Source: Fidelibacterota bacterium (lineage in GTDB: Bacteria > Fidelibacterota > Marinisomatia > Marinisomatales > UBA2128). From it: 32,204 nucleotides of DNA. The position numbers and the translations under genes were made by a program. The notes under the pieces were generated by a model. That model did not search any database. It saw nothing but the letters and a program-made list of their open reading frames with translations, and was not told the DNA's origin. Location: the NCBI GenBank assembly GCA_046861645.1, contig JBHHUM010000024.1, positions 1 to 32,204 of the forward strand. Direction: 5' to 3'. Positions 8,963 through 18,304 of this stretch are shown in pieces; the stretch's first letter is position 1; every line of letters starts with the position of its first letter.

Positions 8963-10369
8963 ATGATGAATACATTAATCAGAGCAACTATTATCTCTCT
9001 ATTTCTAGTGATTAATATATTCAGTACGCTTTTAGCCCAGGACAGTACTTCTCTCGAACTCGTAGGTAGAGTCTGGTTTGAATCACAGATTTGGTCCAGT
9101 GGTGATACTACTGGAGGTTCAGATGTCTGGGGTTACACGGCTCCGGATAGTGAAGAATATGCCCTAATTGGAATCTTAAACGGAGTGGCGATTGTTCGTG
9201 TTTCTGATATGGAAGTGATAGATCTTGTTCAGGGACCCGTAAATGGTGATTATTATTACCATCGTGACATAAAGACTTATGGTCATTATGCTTATGTTGT
9301 TTCTGAGATGTACGGCTTTCGCCAGGGCATGGTGATAATCGATTTGTCACCACTACCAGATAGTGTCCGGTATGTCAACACCTACACCTATGGTAGTGAT
9401 GTGCGATCACACAATTTCAGTATAGATACGACTACAGGCTATGCTTATATTTTAAAACAAAATTATACCGGCTTTCGTGTGGTAAGTCTGGTTGATCCTG
9501 AAAATCCCGAGGAAATTAACTCCGTTTCAACACCCAATATTCACGATGTCTATGCGCGGAATGATACTATATACGTGGCAGAAGGATATGCGCATTCATT
9601 CTCTATCTACGACCTTTCAGATAAAGGAAACCCGGTCCTTTTGACGCGGGTATCTATTCCTGGGGGAGGATACGTCCATAATATCTGGCCTACCGCTGAT
9701 GGCTCAAAAGTTATGACCACTGAAGAAACTACCGGAAAGACTGTTAAAATGTGGGATATACATGACCTTGATAATGTCGAAGTGGTAGGTGAATATTTAG
9801 GAGTGAACAGTCTGGCTCATAATGTACACATTATGGGTGATTCGGTCTATATTTCCCACTATAAAGCGGGAATCACCGTAGTAGATATCAGTGATCCTAC
9901 CAATCTCATTGAAATTGCCCGTTACGATACTTATCCTTTGAATGATGATCCCGGATTCAAAGGGTGCTGGGGAGCGTATCCCTTTACTAAAAATGGCATG
10001 ATTTTTACCAGTGATATTGAAGGTTATCTTACCGTATTACAATTTTCCGATAGTACGGTTTCAATAGTCGGTAGTAGTAAAATTCCTGAGAGTATTACAC
10101 TACACCAGAACTACCCCAATCCGTTTAATCCGTTGACGACTATTGGATTTGTATTACCTGAAGAAGCTGAGGTTAAGCTTGTAGTGTATGATATCCTGGG
10201 CAGAAGGGTGGCAGAATTAGTAAGTGGTAGAGTAATGAGTGGAACGAATTATGTAAAATGGGATGCTTCAGATATTTCCAGCGGTTTTTACTTTTATAGA
10301 CTTTCAACAACTCAAGATGCTACCTTTCGTAAAAAGGTTATGACCAGGAAGATGGTGTTAGTAAAATAA
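8963..10369 (+). CDS. Choice-of-anchor B / LVIVD-repeat beta-propeller protein with T9SS-type sorting domain
   Basis: SDVWGYT...EYALIG, RDIKTYGHYAYVVSE, repeated His-containing blades (SHN, IHD, VHN, AHN), GCWGAYPF; tail HQNYPNPFNP...RKMVLVK. Confidence 0.88.
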   Translation: MMNTLIRATIISLFLVINIFSTLLAQDSTSLELVGRVWFESQIWSSGDTTGGSDVWGYTAPDSEEYALIGILNGVAIVRVSDMEVIDLVQGPVNGDYYYHRDIKTYGHYAYVVSEMYGFRQGMVIIDLSPLPDSVRYVNTYTYGSDVRSHNFSIDTTTGYAYILKQNYTGFRVVSLVDPENPEEINSVSTPNIHDVYARNDTIYVAEGYAHSFSIYDLSDKGNPVLLTRVSIPGGGYVHNIWPTADGSKVMTTEETTGKTVKMWDIHDLDNVEVVGEYLGVNSLAHNVHIMGDSVYISHYKAGITVVDISDPTNLIEIARYDTYPLNDDPGFKGCWGAYPFTKNGMIFTSDIEGYLTVLQFSDSTVSIVGSSKIPESITLHQNYPNPFNPLTTIGFVLPEEAEVKLVVYDILGRRVAELVSGRVMSGTNYVKWDASDISSGFYFYRLSTTQDATFRKKVMTRKMVLVK

Positions 10370-10390
10370 TATCTCCTTTCAGCAGGTAAA

Positions 10391-11623
10391 TTGTCTAATC
10401 CTAAAAAGCTAATGCTGTCCCGTCTGTTTGGAATATGCTTATTCGCTTTATTGAATATAGACTGTTCATCAACCGCTAATCACCCTCAACCTCCTACAGG
10501 ACCCGGTGCCCGATTTCCAAATATCTCTATCTCTTATGACAATTCATTTTACCTGAATTGGTTTCAGCCTGATACAGATGGTGAAATGGGATTGTATTTC
10601 TCCAAATTTGATCAGGGGTCTTGGAGTGAACCCAGTCAGGTAGTAAAAAATCAACTTTTATTTGTCAATTGGGCTGATAGACCTTCCCTGTTTCCCCTGG
10701 GAAAGAATGCTTTAGTAGTACATTGGTTACAGAAGGAAAATGAAGACGATCATGGCTATGGCATCCGCTTGGCTATTTCCCATGACAAGGGGAATTCTTG
10801 GATAGAGTCACGTCGCCCTCATCCTATAGAATTGGGGCAGGAACATGGTTTTTTGAGTTTTTTCTTTAAGGGAGATAAAGTTGGTTTTGTTTGGTTGGAT
10901 AGCCGTGAGAAGACAGATTATGATTTGGCGACTCACACTGTGTTAGGCAACATGGCTCTCTTTTCGTCATATATTTCAGTCAATGGGTCAGTGGGTAAGG
11001 AACAAATCATCGATCATCGAGTTTGTGACTGCTGCCCTACAGCGGCATTTTCTCTGGATGGCAATGCCTTGATAGCCTATCGTGATCGAGCTGAGGATGA
11101 AACGCGCAATATTAGTGTTATGCGACTGACCAATGAGGAATGGTCAGCACCTGAAATCGTTCATAATGATGGCTGGAGGATACCCGGTTGTCCGGTCAAT
11201 GGTCCGGTAATGGCTGGTCATGATAATTCAGTAGCTGTCGCCTGGTTTACTGCTCCAGATGGAGAAGCCAGAGTCAATCTTACTTTCTCCAATGACAATG
11301 GCAAATCCTTTGAACCACCTGTTCGAATTGATAAGGGAGAACCTATTGGAAGACCAGCTCTGACATGGCTTGGAAATGACCAGGTTGCTATTTCTTGGGT
11401 AGAATACAGTAGGGAGGGTGTAGTTATACTTCTGCGGAAAGTGACAAAACAAGGTGATCTCGGTAAAGTCGTATCGGTAGCATTCCTACCCGGTGCACAT
11501 GGTGACTTTTTTCCTAAGATGGTGCTTAACCGCGAATCACTATTTATTGTTTGGACAGATTCTCGAGAAGAATTTTCTATCAGGAGTAAATGGCTATCGT
11601 TGGATGAGTTATTCCTTCAATAG
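10391..11623 (+). CDS. BNR/Asp-box repeat (sialidase-fold) probable lipoprotein
   Basis: Asp-box motifs SHDKGNSW and SNDNGKSF; FVNWADRP, VWLDSRE, VCDCCPT, YRDR and GWRIPGCPVNGP; possible lipobox (LNIDC). The start may be the ATG at 10412. Confidence 0.8.
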   Translation: MSNPKKLMLSRLFGICLFALLNIDCSSTANHPQPPTGPGARFPNISISYDNSFYLNWFQPDTDGEMGLYFSKFDQGSWSEPSQVVKNQLLFVNWADRPSLFPLGKNALVVHWLQKENEDDHGYGIRLAISHDKGNSWIESRRPHPIELGQEHGFLSFFFKGDKVGFVWLDSREKTDYDLATHTVLGNMALFSSYISVNGSVGKEQIIDHRVCDCCPTAAFSLDGNALIAYRDRAEDETRNISVMRLTNEEWSAPEIVHNDGWRIPGCPVNGPVMAGHDNSVAVAWFTAPDGEARVNLTFSNDNGKSFEPPVRIDKGEPIGRPALTWLGNDQVAISWVEYSREGVVILLRKVTKQGDLGKVVSVAFLPGAHGDFFPKMVLNRESLFIVWTDSREEFSIRSKWLSLDELFLQ

Positions 11624-11728
11624 TGGATATACTCTCATTTACGAAGTATATTTATTGCATAATGAAAAGGGATTACCCTTATTAATCTCAGTTATGCCAT
11701 CCTTAACCGTTAAAAAAGAGAGTAGAAA

Positions 11729-13630
11729 ATGAAAAAAGATCTACAAGCCCTAATATTAGCAATTATTGTCGGTGGACTTATTTATTTGGGTTTCGATCTG
11801 AAAAATCAAGAACGACCAGCACCGATAATTCCTATGGAAGATTTTTTTCGTAATCCGACCAAGACTGGTTTTAAAATCTCTCCAGACGGGAGCAAGTTAG
11901 CCTTCTTGCAACCATGGAAAGATAGATTGAATGTTCATGTTCAGGAGATTAGTTCAGGAGAAATAACTCGAGTAACGCAATCAGAGGAACGAGATATCGC
12001 CGGTTATATATGGAATGGAAATAACCGATTAACCTACGTTAAGGATCAGGGCGGTGATGAAAACTGGCGGATTTATGCTGTTAATACAGATGGCTCGGCA
12101 GAGAAACTGTTAACCCCATTTGACAAAGTACAGGCCCGCTTAGTGGACGATTTGGAGGAGGATCCTGAACATATTCTGGTAAGTCTGAACCAACGGGATC
12201 CACGGTTTCATGATGTTTATCGTTTGAATGTGATGACCGGAGAATTGGTATTATTGGCGGAAAATCCAGGGAATATATCCTCTTGGATGACCGATCATGA
12301 TGGTAAGCTGCGAATCGCTACAACTACTGATGGTGTGCATGAAAGTATCCTGTATCGTGACACTGAAGATGACTCTTTCCGAGTCATAGTGACCGTAGAT
12401 TTTAAGGAAACACTCAGCCCTCTGTTTTTCACCTTTGACAATGAGAATCTTTATGTTGCTTCAAACCGGGGTCGAGATAAATCAGCTATCTTTAAGTTTG
12501 ACCTGAGGACTGCCACAGAAGGGGAACTAATTTTCGAACATCCAAAGGTTGATGTTTATGGTCTTATGTATTCCAAAAAAAGGAAAATCTTGACTGGAGT
12601 TAGCTATACTGAGGATAAAACTACCTACGTTTTCTTTGATGAGGATCGTGAAGATCTCCAGAATGAATTGGAAAAAAGGTTGCCAGATGTAGAAGTTCGA
12701 GTAACAGATTTCAGTAAAGATGAATCTAAAACGCTTGTACGAGCTTTTACTGACAAAACTCGAGGGAAGTACTATTTCTATGATCGCAATAGTAAGGATT
12801 TGGTTGAATTGGCCAATATAAGTCCCTGGTTGAACGAGGAATACATGGCCTCCATGAAACCTATTAAGTACACCTCCCGGGATGGGTTAACTATTCACGG
12901 TTATCTGACCCTGCCAATAGGCAGAAGAGCTAAAAACTTGCCCATAGTGGTCAATCCACATGGAGGTCCGTGGGCTCGTGATTATTGGGGATTTAACCCT
13001 GAAGCTCAATTTCTGGCCAATCGTGGTTATGTTGTCTTGCAGATGAACTTCCGGGGGAGTACAGGTTATGGCAGGGAGTTTTGGGAATCAAGCTTTAAGG
13101 AGTGGGGCAAGTCTATGCAGGATGATATCACCGATGGCGTCAATTGGCTCATTAAAAAGCGTATTGCTGATCCAGATCGTATTGCAATTTATGGGGGATC
13201 TTATGGGGGGTATGCAACTCTAGCAGGGGTTACGTTTACTCCAGACTTGTACGCCTGTGGTGTGGATTATGTGGGACCATCCAATATTTTCACCCTGTTA
13301 GCTTCCTTTCCACCTTATTGGGAGTTGTATCGTGAAATGTTCTACGAAATGGTGGGTGATCCCGAAGAGGATAAAGAGCTTTTAGAGGAAATATCACCCC
13401 TATTTCATGTGGATAACATCAAAGTTCCCCTCCTTATTGCTCAGGGTGCTAATGATCCCCGCGTAAAACAGGCAGAAGCAGATCAAATAGTTTCCGCTTT
13501 GCAAGAAAAGGGAATTGAGTACGAATACTTGCTAAAAGAGAACGAAGGTCATGGTTTTCGGAATGAAGAAAACCGGTTTGACTTTTATAGAGCAATGGAG
13601 AAATTTCTGGAGAAACATATTGGAGGGTAG
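11729..13630 (+). CDS. S9 family (prolyl oligopeptidase / acylaminoacyl-peptidase-like) serine peptidase
   Basis: N-terminal anchor and propeller; HGGPW, NFRGSTGYG, nucleophile GGSYGG, catalytic Asp in GANDPRV and His in EGHGF. Confidence 0.95.
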   Translation: MKKDLQALILAIIVGGLIYLGFDLKNQERPAPIIPMEDFFRNPTKTGFKISPDGSKLAFLQPWKDRLNVHVQEISSGEITRVTQSEERDIAGYIWNGNNRLTYVKDQGGDENWRIYAVNTDGSAEKLLTPFDKVQARLVDDLEEDPEHILVSLNQRDPRFHDVYRLNVMTGELVLLAENPGNISSWMTDHDGKLRIATTTDGVHESILYRDTEDDSFRVIVTVDFKETLSPLFFTFDNENLYVASNRGRDKSAIFKFDLRTATEGELIFEHPKVDVYGLMYSKKRKILTGVSYTEDKTTYVFFDEDREDLQNELEKRLPDVEVRVTDFSKDESKTLVRAFTDKTRGKYYFYDRNSKDLVELANISPWLNEEYMASMKPIKYTSRDGLTIHGYLTLPIGRRAKNLPIVVNPHGGPWARDYWGFNPEAQFLANRGYVVLQMNFRGSTGYGREFWESSFKEWGKSMQDDITDGVNWLIKKRIADPDRIAIYGGSYGGYATLAGVTFTPDLYACGVDYVGPSNIFTLLASFPPYWELYREMFYEMVGDPEEDKELLEEISPLFHVDNIKVPLLIAQGANDPRVKQAEADQIVSALQEKGIEYEYLLKENEGHGFRNEENRFDFYRAMEKFLEKHIGG

Positions 13631-13639
13631 AAGGATATC

Positions 13640-14065
13640 GTGAATAAAAAATACAAAAATGTGATGATGGCTCTGGTACTAGAAGAAGCGGAAGAACGTC
13701 TCATCCGTGAAGCAGCAGCTATTGTAGAAATGACCCATTGTAAATTAACGGTCGTTCATGTAAATGATCCTCATGCAGGTGAAATGAGTATGATGATGGA
13801 TATGCCTGGTAAAGAAGTCAATGAAGAAAATGTACGAAATCTATTTCGTTCCTCTGGTTTCGATAAATTAGCTGAAAAAATAAAAGTAATCATTGTGGAG
13901 AGTAAAAATCCTGCGGTAGCTATTTCCGAAACAACGACAAATGCCGATCTCTTGATTTTAGGACACCGCAAAATGAATACTTTTAAATCCAAGTTCTTCG
14001 ATTCAGTTGATGAAGGAATTGTAAACAATGTAGATTGTCCTATATTAGTTATTCCTAAAAATTAG
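13640..14065 (+). CDS. Universal stress protein (UspA family)
   Basis: 141 aa with LTVVHV, ADLLILG and the terminal SVDEGIVNNVDCPILVIP signature. Confidence 0.9.
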   Translation: MNKKYKNVMMALVLEEAEERLIREAAAIVEMTHCKLTVVHVNDPHAGEMSMMMDMPGKEVNEENVRNLFRSSGFDKLAEKIKVIIVESKNPAVAISETTTNADLLILGHRKMNTFKSKFFDSVDEGIVNNVDCPILVIPKN

Positions 14066-14080
14066 GAAAGGAGTAGAGTT

Positions 14081-14551
14081 GTGGATAGAGAGATTCAAGG
14101 GAGTATTATAGGGCTAATTGTCATCGCCATGATTTTAGTTTTCAGTTTTACTCGTCAAACTGTTGTGGGCAGATGGTCCCTTAATAGTATTACTATTACA
14201 TATAACTCCAAAAATGGTGAGGAAGGCAATGATGACATCGATTATAAATCCATTACCAGTCTTCCCGTAACTGAATATTCATTAAACATGATGCCGAATA
14301 ATACCTTTGATGAAATGTGGGTTTCTGATTTGGGTGAAACTTCACGTGTAGCTGGAAAATGGACAATCGATGATAATGAAATCAATATCGTACAAACTAT
14401 GAAAAATGGGCTGGAGGATGATGAAGTATATGATGTTCAAATAGAATTAGCCCCTACTGGAAATATGATTACCTGGAGTCGTGTCGCTGATTTGGACAAT
14501 GATGGTGTAGCAGACGATCTATTCAAGTACGTTACCTATCGTAGTAAATAA
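14081..14551 (+). CDS. Membrane-anchored lipocalin-like hypothetical protein
   Basis: N-terminal TM helix, then VVGRWSL and GKWTI (G-x-W lipocalin-like motifs) and a DLDNDG (DxDxDG) loop; AGGAG RBS. Confidence 0.65.
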   Translation: MDREIQGSIIGLIVIAMILVFSFTRQTVVGRWSLNSITITYNSKNGEEGNDDIDYKSITSLPVTEYSLNMMPNNTFDEMWVSDLGETSRVAGKWTIDDNEINIVQTMKNGLEDDEVYDVQIELAPTGNMITWSRVADLDNDGVADDLFKYVTYRSK

Positions 14552-14563
14552 GGAGGATCTAAA

Positions 14564-14833
14564 TTGAATGTTTCATTGTTAACATCTTTTTTCCTATTAA
14601 TGATACTTTTCTCTACTGGTTGTAATGATACATCTAACTGTGAAGATTGTGGAGGTTCATTGGATGAAGGATTCCTGTTCAAATATGTTGAAGCGACAGA
14701 TATTCCTGATTTGACTGAAATAGAAGGAATTGATGTTGGAGCCTGCATCCGCTATAAACTTGCCGGAGAAGAATTCGATCTCGACAATGTAGCAGTAGTG
14801 GATGACTGCTGCTGTGAGACGTTAGGGTATTAA
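14564..14833 (+). CDS. Small acidic Cys-rich lipoprotein
   Basis: AAGGAGG RBS, TTG start, lipobox FSTGC; six further Cys (CEDC, C, CCC). Confidence 0.75.
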   Translation: MNVSLLTSFFLLMILFSTGCNDTSNCEDCGGSLDEGFLFKYVEATDIPDLTEIEGIDVGACIRYKLAGEEFDLDNVAVVDDCCCETLGY

Positions 14834-14913
14834 TTTAACTTGAAGGGAAAAGTTATTTTTTATGCATTCCTGAAGTATTATGATAAAATCTTATAATGGA
14901 AATACTCCATAAT

Positions 14914-14944
14914 GAAAAAGGCAGTCAACTTGACTGCCTTTTTC
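14914..14944. terminator. Bidirectional intrinsic terminator between convergent gene blocks
   Basis: Perfect inverted repeat GAAAAAGGCAGTCAA-C-TTGACTGCCTTTTTC, giving a U-tract on both strands. It lies between the stops at 14833 (+) and 14968 (-). Confidence 0.85.
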
Positions 14945-14967
14945 TATTATAAATATTATTAGCAGGG

Positions 14968-17745
14968 TTATTTTAAGTACACCATTTTTCTTACAGATCT
15001 GAACGATCCCATTTTCAAAACGTACAGGTAGGTTCCTGCACTTAAACCTGTAGCTTCGAATTGTATCTGATATGTACCTGCGACTTGGGTTCTATTCACC
15101 AGTGTAACCACTTCCCGACCTAATATATCGTACACTTTCAGACTTACAAATCCATCCTCAGGTAGTGTATAGGCGAGCGTTGTACTGGGATTGAAAGGAT
15201 TGGGGTAGTTCTGGTCCAAAGCAAAGTCTGTTGGAATAACCTCAAACTCAGGCTCACTTGACCACGCCATACGTTTAGAGTTTCCACCGGTTCCAGAGAG
15301 ATCAAAGAAACTGTCCAGAGTTAGATCAGCTTTCTTGTCTACTTTCACTTCTAAAGCCCAAAAGGCACCGGTAACTTCCGCTTCATTTTTAATTTCCAGT
15401 TTACTGTTTGGTGCATAGACGGAAGCAAAGATCTTGCCCTTCTTTTCAAACTTCACTTTATTCTCATCGTCATCATCACCAGATCCAATTCCAGCCACAT
15501 AGAAAATAATGTCAGAAGCATCGATGGCAGACCCATCCGCTGGACCCAAGTAAGCCTCCTTACCGGTCTCCAAATCCTCTTCTATCCGGACTTCCGAAGC
15601 ACTTTCTATTCGTAGTTTAGCCTTCTTCTTCAGCTTGATCTTTTGAACGTTATAGATACCCCCAGTGAAGGTCAGCTTGCCGTTATCTTTAACTTCTATT
15701 TTGCCATAATCTCCCGGTTCCAGATCGAGGGATTGGTTTTTACCCACGGTGATATTCTGGCTACCAGCCGGAGCCGACTTGAAGGGGGGAAGAGTGGTGA
15801 ACAAAGGGACACTCAAGGGAGTAAATTCACTTCCGTTGATGTCTCCTTTATTGTCAAGTTCATTGAAATAGACATCGCTGTCGATTTCGGTATCTTTCTT
15901 AACCTGGATTCGATTTGCCTTCAAGGCATATCCTCCAGCAATGGTGACTTTCTTGTCCACCTTAAGCTCAAATGCGTCATCATCCTCGTCATCATCATCA
16001 TCTTCATTTACAAGTACGTCATTGACCAACACATTACCGGAAAATACCTCTACTTCTTTTTTCAATTGAGCTCTGTTCAAGGCAAAGACAACGGTTTGTG
16101 CCAGATCCTCAACCACGTTAACAGTCACCGCAAAATCATCTTGGACACTTGCACCACAACTATCTTCCGCGGTAACCGTTACTACCGTTTCCCCGAAATC
16201 CACAGCTGAAACTGAAAGAACAGAACCTGATAATGCTGCAGAAGCTACATTATCGTCGGAATTGGATATTGAGAAACTCAATAAGTCCCCTTCTGCATCA
16301 GAAAAGACTGTATCCAGGTCTATCATTGCTGTAAGGTAACTATTACCGAAAGAGAGATCAAAATCAGCTACACCACTGGCTACTGATGGAGCAGAATTAG
16401 CATCAACTGTGACGACCACATCATCACTGGCTGTGCCTCCGTTGGCATCATCCACGGTTAATGTAAAAGTGTACGATCCTCCACCCAGCGATGTCGTGAA
16501 AGATGCGGCTGTTGAAACTTCTGAAATGCCGTCTGACCAGGAATAAGTGAGTACATCACCATCGGGATCAGAAGAATCTGAACCGTCCAACGTTACTGAT
16601 AGGCTACCAATTACACAGTCAAATGACTGGTCTAAACCGGCGTTGGCTACTGGAGTCTGGTTGCTTACATTCTCAGCAGGTTGCAGTTCAAACCCTTGAT
16701 CGGATATCATAGTTAATTCAACGCTATAATTTAATCCAACAATTCCACCCCAGTCTATTAATTGAACTGTAATTTCATTTAAACCCGTTTGCAGAGCTTG
16801 ATTGACCGTCAGGTCTGGCACAGGACCCCCGCCCTGTCCTATAACATCGGCAACTTGAATACCATTTATTGAAACAATTCCTTCATTATCAGCCTTCAGT
16901 TGAAATGTCATAGTAGGATTTGAAAAAGTTGAGGGTATGTAAAACTGAATACGATAATCTGTTGTGGTATTAATTCCTACAGTATTATCAGGATCAAAGT
17001 TTACCCAAGAGTTAGTACCTGGGACAAATCCCCAAGGATGCCACCCCGTCAGGTAGGCTGGTCCCCAGGTCACTCCGCCATCTGTAGATGCATCAATATA
17101 GGGATCTATATCACCTATATTTCCATTTCCTCCCAGCAATGTAAGGGTTTGTACTGTAGGAATGGGAGGGGTAATCGTCTGACCATTAAGGACAACATTT
17201 GCACTCTGTAAGTTATTCCCTACTGGACAGTCATCAACCTGAGTGACAACAACCCGGTTTTCACCTGTAACGATGTAACTTGCTAAGTCTGAAGTTCCAG
17301 TGCCTCCGAGATAAACGTAACTCCCTGGAACGACAATGCCACTCGGATAATCCGAATTGAAAATTGTAACCCGACCACCATCATCTATACCCGAGAATGC
17401 AATGGTGAATGTTGTAACAGTTGTATTAAGAGGTACTGTCACGAATGTTTGAAAATACGTGTAGTCTACAGACGATAGGCAGTTGCCTGGAAGGATAGAT
17501 GCTTCAGAAAACCCGATCGTTTCAGGATTTGGAGCAGGTTCCCAGTTGGGGTCGGTTGTAGGCGGGATAACAGCGTTGACGTATGCACTGTTCTCCCCAT
17601 GAAACGATAGTGTAAAACCAAGGTAGGACCAACCCAAGCCCCTGTTCATCTCCCAAGGTGTTCTGCTTACGCTTTGTGCCTGTAAAAAACTCATGGTGCT
17701 CAATATTATTAGACACATTAGTATTAAATATCGAGATGTTTTCAT
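14968..17745 (-). CDS. Large secreted multidomain lectin/adhesin-like protein with T9SS-type sorting domain
   Basis: AAGGAGG RBS and signal peptide. Two jelly-roll-like domains (IDDGGRV..GENRV; ADNEGIVSING..LQTGLNEI), a PKD domain (PVANAGLDQ..LDGSDSSDPDGDVLTYSW), a cadherin/Ig-like domain (DLDTVFSDAEGD), a probable beta-helix region and the tail DQNYPNPFNP..RKMVYLK. Confidence 0.85.
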   Translation of the reverse strand: MKTSRYLILMCLIILSTMSFLQAQSVSRTPWEMNRGLGWSYLGFTLSFHGENSAYVNAVIPPTTDPNWEPAPNPETIGFSEASILPGNCLSSVDYTYFQTFVTVPLNTTVTTFTIAFSGIDDGGRVTIFNSDYPSGIVVPGSYVYLGGTGTSDLASYIVTGENRVVVTQVDDCPVGNNLQSANVVLNGQTITPPIPTVQTLTLLGGNGNIGDIDPYIDASTDGGVTWGPAYLTGWHPWGFVPGTNSWVNFDPDNTVGINTTTDYRIQFYIPSTFSNPTMTFQLKADNEGIVSINGIQVADVIGQGGGPVPDLTVNQALQTGLNEITVQLIDWGGIVGLNYSVELTMISDQGFELQPAENVSNQTPVANAGLDQSFDCVIGSLSVTLDGSDSSDPDGDVLTYSWSDGISEVSTAASFTTSLGGGSYTFTLTVDDANGGTASDDVVVTVDANSAPSVASGVADFDLSFGNSYLTAMIDLDTVFSDAEGDLLSFSISNSDDNVASAALSGSVLSVSAVDFGETVVTVTAEDSCGASVQDDFAVTVNVVEDLAQTVVFALNRAQLKKEVEVFSGNVLVNDVLVNEDDDDDEDDDAFELKVDKKVTIAGGYALKANRIQVKKDTEIDSDVYFNELDNKGDINGSEFTPLSVPLFTTLPPFKSAPAGSQNITVGKNQSLDLEPGDYGKIEVKDNGKLTFTGGIYNVQKIKLKKKAKLRIESASEVRIEEDLETGKEAYLGPADGSAIDASDIIFYVAGIGSGDDDDENKVKFEKKGKIFASVYAPNSKLEIKNEAEVTGAFWALEVKVDKKADLTLDSFFDLSGTGGNSKRMAWSSEPEFEVIPTDFALDQNYPNPFNPSTTLAYTLPEDGFVSLKVYDILGREVVTLVNRTQVAGTYQIQFEATGLSAGTYLYVLKMGSFRSVRKMVYLK

Positions 17746-17789
17746 TTCTCCCTCCTTATTTTAGTTATTGTGTATAAGATGTTGTTGAT

Positions 17790-17975
17790 TCATTTAACTT
17801 CTTTACCAGTCTTGTCATGCTTTTCATGATCCTCAACGATAAACTTTTTTAGTATTTTTAATTCCGCTTTTGCCTTATCAATTTTTTTATCTTCTTCACT
17901 ATTCAGAATAATTTCCCCCACATCAGGATTGAGTTTTTCCTTATGTTTTTGAGGTTTACTATTGTCTTTCATCAT
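17790..17975 (-). CDS. Possible small highly charged protein
   Basis: 61-aa Lys/Glu/Asp-rich ORF co-oriented with, and just upstream of, the large secreted gene. No clear RBS or motif. Confidence 0.4.
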   Translation of the reverse strand: MMKDNSKPQKHKEKLNPDVGEIILNSEEDKKIDKAKAELKILKKFIVEDHEKHDKTGKEVK

Positions 17976-18059
17976 ATTATTGCTTTTTTGTTTTCTGAGG
18001 CATGGTTCTCATTACCTGATTACATTTTAATACAAGCGATAGTGACTTTTACTATAAGG

Positions 18060-18091
18060 AAACCACTATACACCCTAATAAAACCACTATA
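18060..18091. promoter_or_regulatory. Direct-repeat candidate operator
   Basis: AAACCACTATA occurs at 18060-18070 and 18081-18091 (21-bp period). Extra ACTATA copies are at 18051 and 18221. The site is upstream of the minus-strand genes. Confidence 0.55.
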
Positions 18092-18304
18092 TTTTTCAAA
18101 ATAATGAGACCTACGTTACAATAACTTGAATAGACAGGGGCTTTAAGTCATTCTGATGTAAGATTTTAACAGTTTAGTTTTAAAGAAAAATCTCATTGAT
18201 CGAAAAATAAAAAAAGAGGGACTATACGGGGGAAATAGTAACCTGCTTATTAAATATCCTTAGTGGATCGTTAGTCGTAAGTAAATATGAAGACCTTAAT
18301 ATTG

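Noticed and set aside
15970..16010. (TCA)n tandem repeat as a possible contingency locus
   Set aside because: In-frame trinucleotide run encoding poly-Asp; slippage would not shift the frame.
15643..16209. 188-aa plus-strand ORF
   Set aside because: Antisense shadow of the 925-aa gene; its Ile run mirrors the poly-Asp codons.
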